From positions 40,347 through 104,346 of IMG/VR virus record IMGVR_UViG_3300030419_007002: a DNA stretch of 64,000 nt, one strand, 5' to 3'. The notes under the pieces are model-generated. The model made no database searches. It was not told where the DNA came from and saw only the letters and a program-made list of their open reading frames with translations. This DNA is from a virus. Positions 28,209 through 37,430 of the stretch are shown here, piece after piece. Positions within the stretch are counted from its first letter, which is position 1. The number at the start of each line of letters is the position of its first letter. A program made the translations under genes and the position numbers.

Positions 28209-28766
28209 ATGATACAATTTTACAAACCGAACGCAAAAAACACTGGCTCCGCTTGCTCTTTTTGGGTTAATAGAGATGGTTCAGTTATGGCCTCGTTAAT
28301 TAAACAAGCCTCTTGGGACAGTCAGAGAAAGATCGGGTCTTTTTCTAAAAATAAGGAGAACCCTAAAGGGCGAGTTATTACTAAATTATCTCGTACTGAG
28401 GTCGGTGGAATTCTTGACTCTATTGAATCTAATAGGGAATTTTCTGCTTACCACAGCAGTCAGAAGCAGGTGGTTCAAATGAAGTTCGGCCCATACATGA
28501 GGGGTGATTCCCAAGTAGGCTTCTCTTACTCCGTTAATAAACAAGATAAAGAAGACTCCACCTTTAAGGCTAGCTTTGTTATTGGATTTACTTTTCCAGA
28601 AGCTAGGGTTCTAAAACATGATTTGCAAAATTTTTTAGATAAAACAGCCCCGAGCCTTCAAAATAATCAAGAGGAAGAGTCACCGGTAAAGGTGGTAGAC
28701 CTAGAAGAACCACCTCAAGCTCAAGCTCAATCGAGCGAGAATAGTGACGAAGAAATTCCTTGGTAA
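28209..28766 (+). CDS. Putative single-stranded DNA-binding protein
   Basis: Beta-rich core, Q/P/E linker, acidic C-terminus SDEEIPW resembling SSB tails; replication context. Confidence 0.55.
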   Translation: MIQFYKPNAKNTGSACSFWVNRDGSVMASLIKQASWDSQRKIGSFSKNKENPKGRVITKLSRTEVGGILDSIESNREFSAYHSSQKQVVQMKFGPYMRGDSQVGFSYSVNKQDKEDSTFKASFVIGFTFPEARVLKHDLQNFLDKTAPSLQNNQEEESPVKVVDLEEPPQAQAQSSENSDEEIPW

Positions 28767-28769
28767 GGT

Positions 28770-30680
28770 ATGCCAAGAAAGAAAATATTATTACAAAGCG
28801 ACTTCTCCCTCGCTAAGACCGGCTTTGGCAGGAATGCCAAAGCTATACTTACTTATTTACATAATACAAATAAGTATGACCTAGTACATTATTGTTGCGG
28901 CCTGAATTGGTCAAACCCCCAGTTGACAAGAACCCCTTGGAAATCCATAGGCTGTCTACCCGATAACGAAGAAGAGACTAAAAATCTTAACAAAGACCCA
29001 AACGTTGCCAGATTAGCATCATACGGAGCGCACTATTTAGATAGAGTAATAGAGCAAGAAAAACCAGATGTTTATATAGCAGCCCAAGATATATGGGGCG
29101 TAGACTTCGCAATAGATAAGCCTTGGTTTGATAAAATAAACTCCGTAATTTGGACCACTCTCGACTCTTTACCCATCTTACCCGCCGCGCTAGAAAAGGC
29201 TCCCAAAGTTAAGAACTATTGGATTTGGTCAAATTTTGCAACGAAAGCCATGAACAGCTTAGGGCATTCTAATGTAAAAACCATGCACGGAGTTGTCGAT
29301 GATAAATACTTTCGCAGACTAAAAGACTCAGAAAGGAAATCCTTAAGAAAGCAAAATAATTTACCGCAGGATATATTCATGGTCGGTTTTGTTTTTAGAA
29401 ATCAACTCAGAAAATCTGTACCAAATTTACTAGAAGGATACAAAATCTGGAAAGATAAATATTACGATAAAAAACGACCCACTGGATTACTTTTGCACAC
29501 ACATTTCTCAGAGGGGTGGAATATCCTTAAGCTCGCTGAGGAATATAAGATAGATAAAAAAGAAATTTTTACGACTTACATCTGTAGAAATTGTTTAACT
29601 TATAATGTACAAAATTTTGTAGGACAAGATATAAAATGTAACTGTTGCGGAGAAGAAAAAGGTAAAATTACCACCAACGTCAGCGTAGGGGTTTCAGAAA
29701 AAGAGCTAAATGAGGTATATAATCTAATGGACGTTTACGCTCACCCCTTTACTTCCGGAGGACAAGAAATACCCATACAAGAGGCAAAGCTTACGGAGCT
29801 AATTACGCTAGTAACAGATTATAGCTGTGGTCAAGAGATGTGCGAAAAGGGGGCCGCATCCCTAGCCCTAGATTGGTCGGAGTACAGAGAGCACCAGACC
29901 GAATTTATAAAAGCATCCACGAAGCCTAATTCTATTGCAAAAAATATACATAAAGTATATAGCATGGGTCAAAAGAGGCTCAGAGAAATGGGCGAGCAAG
30001 CTCGCCAATGGACTCTAGACAATTATTCCCCCCAAAACGTAGGCTCACTTATAGAAAAAGAAATTGAAAATTTTGATTCTATAAAATATGATTTTCCCAT
30101 CAAGGGCAAACCGAAAGATCCAAATGCGGAAATACCCAAGATAGATGATGATAAAGAATGGCTTATATATATGTATAAGCATATTCTAAACATGAGCGTA
30201 GACCAAACAGATGAAGGGCATCAATATTGGATGCAGGAAATTTCTAAAGGCAGAAAAAGGTCAGAGATAGAACAGTATTTCAGAAAGGTCGCGCAAGAAG
30301 AAGGGGATAAAAAATCTGTAGATTTTGAAAATCTTCTAGATAAAGAAGACAAGGGGAATCGGATGCTATATGTTATGCCAGAAAGTATAGGTGATGTTTT
30401 TCTCTCTACAAGTCTTTTTAAATCTTTAAAAAAACAATATCCAAAATATAATCTATATGTTGCTACTAAAGAGGCAAACGCAGAAGTGCTAGACGGCAAC
30501 CCATACGTACATAAAGTGATACCCTATGTCCAACAAATGGATAACCTTCTCTGGCTAGAGGGGCAGGGGGACCATAAAGGGTATTTTGAGGTTGCGTTCT
30601 TGCCCCACGTAGGAACACAAAGGATGTTTGATTACCAACACAACGCAAAAGATGAAATAGCTTTTGATTTAAAATATTGA
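28770..30680 (+). CDS. Multidomain glycosyltransferase: GT4-like domain, DUF4214-like linker, N-terminal half of a GT9 domain
   Basis: TGFGR, RNQLRK, YNLMDVY, GGQEIPIQEA; DEGHQYW; ESIGDVFLSTSLFKSLKKQYP, LDGNPYV. Confidence 0.8.
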   Translation: MPRKKILLQSDFSLAKTGFGRNAKAILTYLHNTNKYDLVHYCCGLNWSNPQLTRTPWKSIGCLPDNEEETKNLNKDPNVARLASYGAHYLDRVIEQEKPDVYIAAQDIWGVDFAIDKPWFDKINSVIWTTLDSLPILPAALEKAPKVKNYWIWSNFATKAMNSLGHSNVKTMHGVVDDKYFRRLKDSERKSLRKQNNLPQDIFMVGFVFRNQLRKSVPNLLEGYKIWKDKYYDKKRPTGLLLHTHFSEGWNILKLAEEYKIDKKEIFTTYICRNCLTYNVQNFVGQDIKCNCCGEEKGKITTNVSVGVSEKELNEVYNLMDVYAHPFTSGGQEIPIQEAKLTELITLVTDYSCGQEMCEKGAASLALDWSEYREHQTEFIKASTKPNSIAKNIHKVYSMGQKRLREMGEQARQWTLDNYSPQNVGSLIEKEIENFDSIKYDFPIKGKPKDPNAEIPKIDDDKEWLIYMYKHILNMSVDQTDEGHQYWMQEISKGRKRSEIEQYFRKVAQEEGDKKSVDFENLLDKEDKGNRMLYVMPESIGDVFLSTSLFKSLKKQYPKYNLYVATKEANAEVLDGNPYVHKVIPYVQQMDNLLWLEGQGDHKGYFEVAFLPHVGTQRMFDYQHNAKDEIAFDLKY

Positions 30681-30681
30681 C

Positions 30682-31329
30682 ATGAAAGTTTTAGTACCAT
30701 TATTACTTAGGCCAAACGGCCCAGAAGTCTGGATTAAAAATGCAGAAAAAATTAAAAATAAATTAACATACGAAGACAAAGATGTTGTTATTTTCGACGA
30801 AGAGGTTTCGTCTTACCAAAGCAAATTTGCAGCAGAGGCTAACGCCAGAAATGCAGTGATAGACAAACACCTGAAGGATGAGCACACCCACGTCTTTTGG
30901 ATAGATACTGATGTCGTAGAATTTCATGAGAACATAATAGAAATGCTTTCCACTATTCCCGGAGCAAACCCACTAAAAGATATAGTAGCCCCGTTTGTTT
31001 TCTTAGAGGACAATGACGCTTGGCCTTTTAAAAGATTTTATGATATATCCTGCTTCATAGATAGTAACGGCGAGAATTATGATTATAAAGAACCCTATAA
31101 CATGTGGGAAAAAGAACAACCCCTGCACCGATGCAAATGCGTAGGGACATGCTTCCTAATGCCAGCTAGTATATATAAGATGGGGGTAAGATATGATCCG
31201 TATGATGAAAGAAACGAACACATACCATTTTTTGAAGAAGCGAAAGAAAGGGGTTTCGGCATATGGTCAACCCCCTTGGTAGAAATACGCCACGCCTTTT
31301 TACCGAAATATGGAATAAACTTTAGATAA
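30682..31329 (+). CDS. GT-A glycosyltransferase (Anp1/GT2-like)
   Basis: ARN, VFWIDTDVV (DxD), FYDI, VGTCFL, EH..F. Confidence 0.7.
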   Translation: MKVLVPLLLRPNGPEVWIKNAEKIKNKLTYEDKDVVIFDEEVSSYQSKFAAEANARNAVIDKHLKDEHTHVFWIDTDVVEFHENIIEMLSTIPGANPLKDIVAPFVFLEDNDAWPFKRFYDISCFIDSNGENYDYKEPYNMWEKEQPLHRCKCVGTCFLMPASIYKMGVRYDPYDERNEHIPFFEEAKERGFGIWSTPLVEIRHAFLPKYGINFR

Positions 31330-31330
31330 T

Positions 31331-32515
31331 ATGCATTTAGTAGAAAGATATGCACTAGGTAGTGGGGCTAAAATAGACCAGCCTTATATTTTAGAAAAAT
31401 TTTTCCCCCACGACATGAATAGATACATAACGCTTCACCCAAGAAGCAAATATGATTCTAAGTGTTATGACTATTGGCAGGAAGTGGTTGACATCATACA
31501 TCCAGAATTATCCAAGCACGGGATCGACATCTTACAAATAGGAGTAGAAGGAGACCCCTTATTAAACCTATGCAAACACGCCGTAGGTGGAACAAGCATA
31601 GGGCAAACCGCATACATTCTTAAAGATTCGGAGCTTCATTTGGGTGCGGACAGCTTCCCTGTCCACGTAGCTTCTCATTATAACAGAAAAATAGTTGCGC
31701 TTTACTCTAACATTTATCCCAATCAAGCAAATCCATATTGGGGAAATAAAAAAGATCAAATACTTCTAGAAGCAGACAGGGAAGGCAAAAAGCCTAGCTA
31801 CGCAGCACAAGAAAACCCAAAAACAATCAATTCGATTAAGCCAGAAAACATTGCAGAGAAAGTCCTCTCGCTTTTAGGGCTAGAGTATTCTTATCCCTAT
31901 CAAACCCTAACGCGGGGACCGAACTTTTTATCTAGAAATATTCAATCTGTTCCTAGGGGAGTTTTGGATATACAAGGTTTGGCTGTGGACTCGATTATAA
32001 TGAGAATGGATTTACATTTTGATGAAAATGTATTAGCTAATCAATTGATGAGGACTAAATGTTCTATATTAAGCAATAAGCCCATATCGTTAGATATATT
32101 TAAACAGTTTAAAGAAAAAATTAATCAATTCGTCTACGTAATAGATGAGAACCATAACCCCTCGTTCATAGAAGATCTCATAAACACGGGGGCGGTTAGG
32201 CCGCTTCTCATATCTGAGATGAGTGCTGATAAGTTAAATAAGCTTAAAATTGATTACATGGATCACAGCATAATAATGCCGAAATCTTTGCCCAAAGAAA
32301 AAGATATAGAAGAAATAAAAAAGCACGGAATGGATAATCTTTATTATAAATCAAATAAATTTTTAATAGATAAAGGTCGCGTATATCCCAGCATAGCTGC
32401 ATGGCAACAAGAAGAATCTATACCCTCATTAGTAAATACTCCTCAAAAAGTTATCGACACAGATAATTTCTGGAAAGAAATACAAGATTATTACATTCTA
32501 AAGAAAAGCTCTTGA
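31331..32515 (+). CDS. GT9 (heptosyltransferase-like) C-terminal domain protein with extra C-terminal domain
   Basis: Starts HLVERY; YITLHP, K.YDYW, QIG, HLGADSFPVHVA, IVALYS. Confidence 0.7.
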   Translation: MHLVERYALGSGAKIDQPYILEKFFPHDMNRYITLHPRSKYDSKCYDYWQEVVDIIHPELSKHGIDILQIGVEGDPLLNLCKHAVGGTSIGQTAYILKDSELHLGADSFPVHVASHYNRKIVALYSNIYPNQANPYWGNKKDQILLEADREGKKPSYAAQENPKTINSIKPENIAEKVLSLLGLEYSYPYQTLTRGPNFLSRNIQSVPRGVLDIQGLAVDSIIMRMDLHFDENVLANQLMRTKCSILSNKPISLDIFKQFKEKINQFVYVIDENHNPSFIEDLINTGAVRPLLISEMSADKLNKLKIDYMDHSIIMPKSLPKEKDIEEIKKHGMDNLYYKSNKFLIDKGRVYPSIAAWQQEESIPSLVNTPQKVIDTDNFWKEIQDYYILKKSS

Positions 32516-32540
32516 CTTATTACCTCCTTAATGTTAATAT
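32512..32540 (+). promoter_or_regulatory. Sigma70-type promoter, probably leaderless transcript
   Basis: TTGACT-17-TAATAT; ATG at 32546. Confidence 0.65.
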
Positions 32541-32545
32541 AATAC

Positions 32546-33289
32546 ATGCCGAAAAAGAAAGTGGGCTTTTCCCAAAAAGAAGAAGAAGATGTTAGATTTT
32601 CTCCGCCGAAAGTTTTTACTAGAAACGAATACGGCCTAGTAGAAGACGACGACACAAAATATGTTTTCACTGACGAAGGCTTGATTGACTGGAGGAAAAT
32701 GGTTAAGCCAGAGTACCTTGTTTCCAATAGGCAAAGGACAAAGGAGCTCGACGTAACAAAGTTAGAAGACAAGGACCTTCTGATTTTATTGGGTGGGATC
32801 AAGGAGCTAGCCCAGATAAGGGGTTATACAGATTTAACATATAATGTAGTTTCGCCTAGCGCAGATTATGTTATAGCTACCTGCACAATAACTTGGACTC
32901 CCAATTACGAAACAGAGGGAAGAACAGTAAAATTTTCAGCCATAGGAGATGCATCCCCCGGAAACACTAAAAGTTTCGCAAGAAATTTTCTTGGCCCAAT
33001 CGCAGAAAATAGAGCTTTTGTACGATGCGTAAGAAACTTCTTGAGAATTCACATCGTAGGCTCAGATGAGATGGGTGATGTCAAAATGGGATCTGAACCC
33101 GTTCAGGAATCGGCGGCAGACCCCAAGGCACTTCTTAAATCTCTCATGAAAGATAAGGGTATCACATTCGAAAACGTGAAATCCAAATTACAGAAAGAGT
33201 CTTATGATGGCGCAGAGAATTTTTCTGCTATAGAAGACATTCCGAACATTAAAATATTCGAACTAATAGAAAGAATGAAGAAGGTTTAA
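32546..33289 (+). CDS. Putative Rad52/Sak-like single-strand annealing protein
   Basis: GGIKELAQ, beta-strand VIATCTITW, GDAS, IAENRAFVRCVR..L motif. Confidence 0.55.
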   Translation: MPKKKVGFSQKEEEDVRFSPPKVFTRNEYGLVEDDDTKYVFTDEGLIDWRKMVKPEYLVSNRQRTKELDVTKLEDKDLLILLGGIKELAQIRGYTDLTYNVVSPSADYVIATCTITWTPNYETEGRTVKFSAIGDASPGNTKSFARNFLGPIAENRAFVRCVRNFLRIHIVGSDEMGDVKMGSEPVQESAADPKALLKSLMKDKGITFENVKSKLQKESYDGAENFSAIEDIPNIKIFELIERMKKV

Positions 33290-33615
33290 TCCTTCGGGTA
33301 TTTTTCTTTCACTTGATTAATAAAATTTATTAATTCATTTAATTTCTCTGGTCGACCCATGGCGTTTTCAGTTAAAGCTTCGAACTGGGCCTCTATAGGC
33401 CAGCTTTCCATTATGTCATTTTTTCTATTTTCTTGTACCTCCGTCAAGGAAAGTTGGTTTTGAAATTCTTCCTGAGACCAAATATCATTTAGCTCTGTCT
33501 CCGTCGGCTTGGGGATAGAATTATTTTCTGACCAATTAAAGTTCTCATATCCCTCCCCCTTTAAAGACCATTCATATTCTAAATATTTAGATTCTAATAT
33601 TCTTAATAGATTCAT
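33286..33615 (-). CDS. XkdW-like tail fibre-associated/chaperone protein
   Basis: W.L.G..Y....W...IPKPTETEL and terminal VKEKYPK; follows a fibre-like gene. Confidence 0.6.
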   Translation of the reverse strand: MNLLRILESKYLEYEWSLKGEGYENFNWSENNSIPKPTETELNDIWSQEEFQNQLSLTEVQENRKNDIMESWPIEAQFEALTENAMGRPEKLNELINFINQVKEKYPKD

Positions 33616-35471
33616 TCTAATTCCTCCCTGACCTCTTCTATAGTCATGTTAGAGTATGCCTTTCCGCCCAATATTGTACTGGGATTGTTCATGTAGTGCG
33701 TTCTGTTAAGATATACCGACGCATTTCGACTCTGCCTTCTACCAGCCCTTATGCTCCAAGTCTGCTCACCTAAAGAATCTACTATGTGAACGTGTCTCAT
33801 TCTAACGATTTGCCCATACTCTCTGGCGTATACGTTATTTGACCACGCCCTCCTAGGCGTTGCTTCGTCATCTTTATATAAAGCTATTATGGCTTCAGAA
33901 TTGCCACCCGCGCTCAGATTTAACTCTGCATCTATTATCAATGTATGCCCCGTTTGCACGGGGGATATAGATAGGCCTGTTATTTCGGTCCCCTGAGAGC
34001 TTTGAGGATTTTCATAATCAATAATTTCTGTCGTCGAAAATGTGTCATTCCATCTAACCCCAGTCATTCTAACATATTTACCCGTTACCCCAGCTATACC
34101 CGTCATTGGCCCTATGCCAGAGACGGTTAAATCAGATACCCATATTCCGTCTCCGGTTGCGGTTAGCAAGCCCAATACATGAAGATCTTGAAACGTTCCG
34201 GTCCCATGAAAGAATTTGTTTCCACTTACTTCTTGATTTCCAGTAGTTAAAACTATTTTGTCGAAGAAATTTACTTTCTCCTCGGTTATTCCGCCATCTA
34301 TTACGCTGAACGCCCCTATTTCATCTCCCCCTGCGCCAGTAAAATTTATCGTTTCTCCATCAACAAACACTCCAAGGTCCAGAGTGTCTCCCATATATAC
34401 TTTTATATCTCCAGTTAATCCAGCGCCAGCATTTACGCTGAAGTAACCCGAGCCTGTTTCCAAAAATGTACTATACGCGACACCAGTCTCTAACAATATT
34501 CCTGTATCAACATTGACTGCTCCCCCAGAAATTATTATTCCACTTCCCTGAACTACGTTAGCTACAACGCTTTGGTCTCCGCTGAAAACAAAATCATTGA
34601 GACCTGATCCACCACTTATGTTATGCTTAAGACCTAATACCTTAAAAGCGCCTATAGCGTCCTCGCCCCCGCCAGTAAAGCCTATTGTTTCGCCATCTAC
34701 ATAAACGCCTAGGTCTAAAGTATCGCCCATATAAACCTTGGTGTCGCCAGTAAGTCCAGCTGCGGCATTGATGTTAAAGAAGGCACTTCCAGTGGTTAAT
34801 AAATATCCTGTGTCTAAATTCACAGAGTCTTCAGTAACTATGAGCCCCGTTCCCGGGCTTAGATCTATTCTTCTGGAACTGCTTAGGTTTCCTCCCCCGA
34901 CTAAGCCACTACCGGCAATCATCTCTACATATAGGGGGTTAAAGCCAGTTAGCCCGCTTAAGTTTAAGCCTCTATATTTTACCCTACTAGTGTCACCGTC
35001 ATCATTTATTGCTATAGTCAAAAATCCAGTCGTTTCTCCATCATAGTCTACATCCCTTATATCCAGAGAACCACTTATATCTATATTACTAAGCAAAGTG
35101 GTGTCAGGTTTTGTAACAGTAAAACAGCAAGCAGTATCTTGACCCCTGTCAGACTCAACCCCAAAAACCTGAGCGTTTCCGATACCCTTTATCTTTAAGG
35201 TGTCCTGAGAACCTATATGAGATCTTAGCTCGGGTACTTCCCCAGATAGCCCGTAGGCATAACCACCCGTTGAAGCATAACCAAATTCTTCGGAGTTTGC
35301 TCCGCTAATTGCATCAAAGTAATAAACATCGCCAAATTCATCTTCAAATCTTAAACCGGTTACATACTCTAGACTTTGACCAGTTATTAAAATATGAGAA
35401 CCGGTAGGGCCCATGGAGGGTATAATTCCGTCGAGCCTTATATCTGGTACAAATGTTAATCCTTCACCCAT
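33612..35471 (-). CDS. Tail fibre/appendage-like virion protein with internal repeats
   Basis: N-terminal IPT-like segment, AG.GL.G fibre-type repeats, C-terminal beta-sandwich ending SNMTIEEV; very rich in SG/TG. Confidence 0.6.
   Translation of the reverse strand: MGEGLTFVPDIRLDGIIPSMGPTGSHILITGQSLEYVTGLRFEDEFGDVYYFDAISGANSEEFGYASTGGYAYGLSGEVPELRSHIGSQDTLKIKGIGNAQVFGVESDRGQDTACCFTVTKPDTTLLSNIDISGSLDIRDVDYDGETTGFLTIAINDDGDTSRVKYRGLNLSGLTGFNPLYVEMIAGSGLVGGGNLSSSRRIDLSPGTGLIVTEDSVNLDTGYLLTTGSAFFNINAAAGLTGDTKVYMGDTLDLGVYVDGETIGFTGGGEDAIGAFKVLGLKHNISGGSGLNDFVFSGDQSVVANVVQGSGIIISGGAVNVDTGILLETGVAYSTFLETGSGYFSVNAGAGLTGDIKVYMGDTLDLGVFVDGETINFTGAGGDEIGAFSVIDGGITEEKVNFFDKIVLTTGNQEVSGNKFFHGTGTFQDLHVLGLLTATGDGIWVSDLTVSGIGPMTGIAGVTGKYVRMTGVRWNDTFSTTEIIDYENPQSSQGTEITGLSISPVQTGHTLIIDAELNLSAGGNSEAIIALYKDDEATPRRAWSNNVYAREYGQIVRMRHVHIVDSLGEQTWSIRAGRRQSRNASVYLNRTHYMNNPSTILGGKAYSNMTIEEVREELE
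34307..34780. repeat. Diverged direct repeat, two copies of about 138 bp (34307-34446 and 34644-34780)
   Basis: Both encode NAxAGLTGDxKVYMGDTLDLGVxVDGETIxFTGxGxDxIGAF. Confidence 0.85.
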
Positions 35472-35491
35472 GTTATTTTATTTCCTCTGAT

Positions 35492-37429
35492 TTAGTCATG
35501 ATAATCTAGTAACGTTAGCGTTGCATTACCAGTAGTAATTCCTGTGCACGGGTTAACGCCTATGTAAGCTATATAGTCATGATTTATATTACAATTGAAT
35601 GGATTTTGCGTTATCACTCCACTTACCCATTCTCCAGTGTTTATCAAGCATGTGGCACTAACTCCTTGTATTTTTACCCCAGTAACGTTATGGAAAAATC
35701 TTCCACTTATACCTAAGAGCGCAGTAGCGCTTACGGAATTAGAAGTTAAACCGCTAACCTCTGGCCTTCTTCCAGATATCTCCATCAAATCCCCAGTCAA
35801 ATTTCCAACTAAGTCGTGCATATCCGAAGTCATAAATCTAGAAGAAAAAGATTCTATTTTAAATATTTTTCCTTCATAAACTGAATTCAGCCTTGATGGT
35901 TCGTAATCATTACTTATTATTAAGCTGTCAGGCACTAAGAACGGAAAGCCTTCACCTAAGAATGAATTATTTATAATTCCCGTTATTATACTCACACCCG
36001 TCCTCACCCCAGAGAGATTTTCTCCAGTTATACTAGAATGATCTATTCCTAAATCGTAACCAAAATAATCAGTTAATCCTATATCTAATTTTTTATTAAG
36101 CAGGTGATCAATCACAATATTACCTTCGGTACCATATTTCATTGTGGTCGTCACTCGGTTATTATGAGATATAAACCTAATCCCCGTATCTCCCCTACTA
36201 GAGGACATTCCAGTTATACCTATCAATGGGGCAGCTTGGTAGGCATTTAAGCCAGTTATCCTAAAGCTTTGTCCGACGATTAAATTTTCTGTTTCTATTC
36301 CTGATATAGATGGAAGCACAGTAAAAATCTGATCAGATTCTTCGAAAATTTCATTTCCGCTGATGGTAATAGGTGAATTAATTATTTCTCTCGGTACCCT
36401 TATGTAAGCCCCCGTTCCATCTACAAAAGTTTTTTCTTTAGCGGGTATATACTCTGCAGATTCCCCGCTCCAAGCAGATCTAAATAAGAATTCAACCCCA
36501 GTTAATTGAGTCCCCGATATGTTTATTAAATCGTTATATTTGCCAGAAGAGGGCTCTATTATATTTATACCAGTATAAACAGAATGAAGCTCAGTCGGCG
36601 ATAAAGTACTTTCAGCTATTTGTCCACCGGTAATATTTATCAATTTAAATTTTTCTTTCTCTTTAATATTTGGCGGTATATTGAAAGACAAACCAGTTGT
36701 GCCTACTCCGGTAAATAACAATGAAGAGAGGGGCCTATTTCCAGAAACGGTGGACTGAACAATATAAGGATTACTTAACACTACGCTCGGTACCCTAGAC
36801 CCCGTAAATTCTAACTTGTCTATTTTATGAAGAGAAATACCAGATAAATCAACCCTAGTACCCGGAAATCCAGACAAAGGAGAAAAGCCTTTTACTTCAG
36901 TGTCAGGAACTCTTACTTCAAAATTTCCAGTTTGGCTTACTCCCGACTGACCGCTCAAGGTAGTGACTAACCCCCCCGTAGCATAAACGAATATTGGTCC
37001 AGAATTAGATTCATTAGGAACAGTAAACCTTATACCCGTTTCTCCATCTACGGAAAAATTATTAGAAAATGTCTCTGCTATTTGGACTCCAGTTATGTTA
37101 ACAAAATTTTCTCCGCTTATTAATACATCTTCCCCCCAATAAGCCCCAGTCGCTCTATCGAAACCAGAGATTTGTGGTTTATCTATGAACCTAAGGCCCG
37201 TACCGGATGCATAGTTTACTCCATTGTATAAAACAAATGTATTATGTTTTTCTAGACCATCGGGAATACGAAAACTTACAAAATTATGTGCGCTAGTAAA
37301 AGAACCACTGACTATGTCTGCCCGATTACCGCTTGTGCTATTAAAAAATATAGCCGTTTCAGGGGTATCATATATCCCCGAACCGCTAAGCGATAAAACG
37401 TCTCCTGCTATTCCACTTTTAAAAGCCAT
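35492..37429 (-). CDS. IPT/TIG-like repeat virion protein
   Basis: Repeated P.I.GF.P..G..G..V.ISG.N units; SG/TG-rich. Confidence 0.6.
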   Translation of the reverse strand: MAFKSGIAGDVLSLSGSGIYDTPETAIFFNSTSGNRADIVSGSFTSAHNFVSFRIPDGLEKHNTFVLYNGVNYASGTGLRFIDKPQISGFDRATGAYWGEDVLISGENFVNITGVQIAETFSNNFSVDGETGIRFTVPNESNSGPIFVYATGGLVTTLSGQSGVSQTGNFEVRVPDTEVKGFSPLSGFPGTRVDLSGISLHKIDKLEFTGSRVPSVVLSNPYIVQSTVSGNRPLSSLLFTGVGTTGLSFNIPPNIKEKEKFKLINITGGQIAESTLSPTELHSVYTGINIIEPSSGKYNDLINISGTQLTGVEFLFRSAWSGESAEYIPAKEKTFVDGTGAYIRVPREIINSPITISGNEIFEESDQIFTVLPSISGIETENLIVGQSFRITGLNAYQAAPLIGITGMSSSRGDTGIRFISHNNRVTTTMKYGTEGNIVIDHLLNKKLDIGLTDYFGYDLGIDHSSITGENLSGVRTGVSIITGIINNSFLGEGFPFLVPDSLIISNDYEPSRLNSVYEGKIFKIESFSSRFMTSDMHDLVGNLTGDLMEISGRRPEVSGLTSNSVSATALLGISGRFFHNVTGVKIQGVSATCLINTGEWVSGVITQNPFNCNINHDYIAYIGVNPCTGITTGNATLTLLDYHD

Positions 37430-37430
37430 A

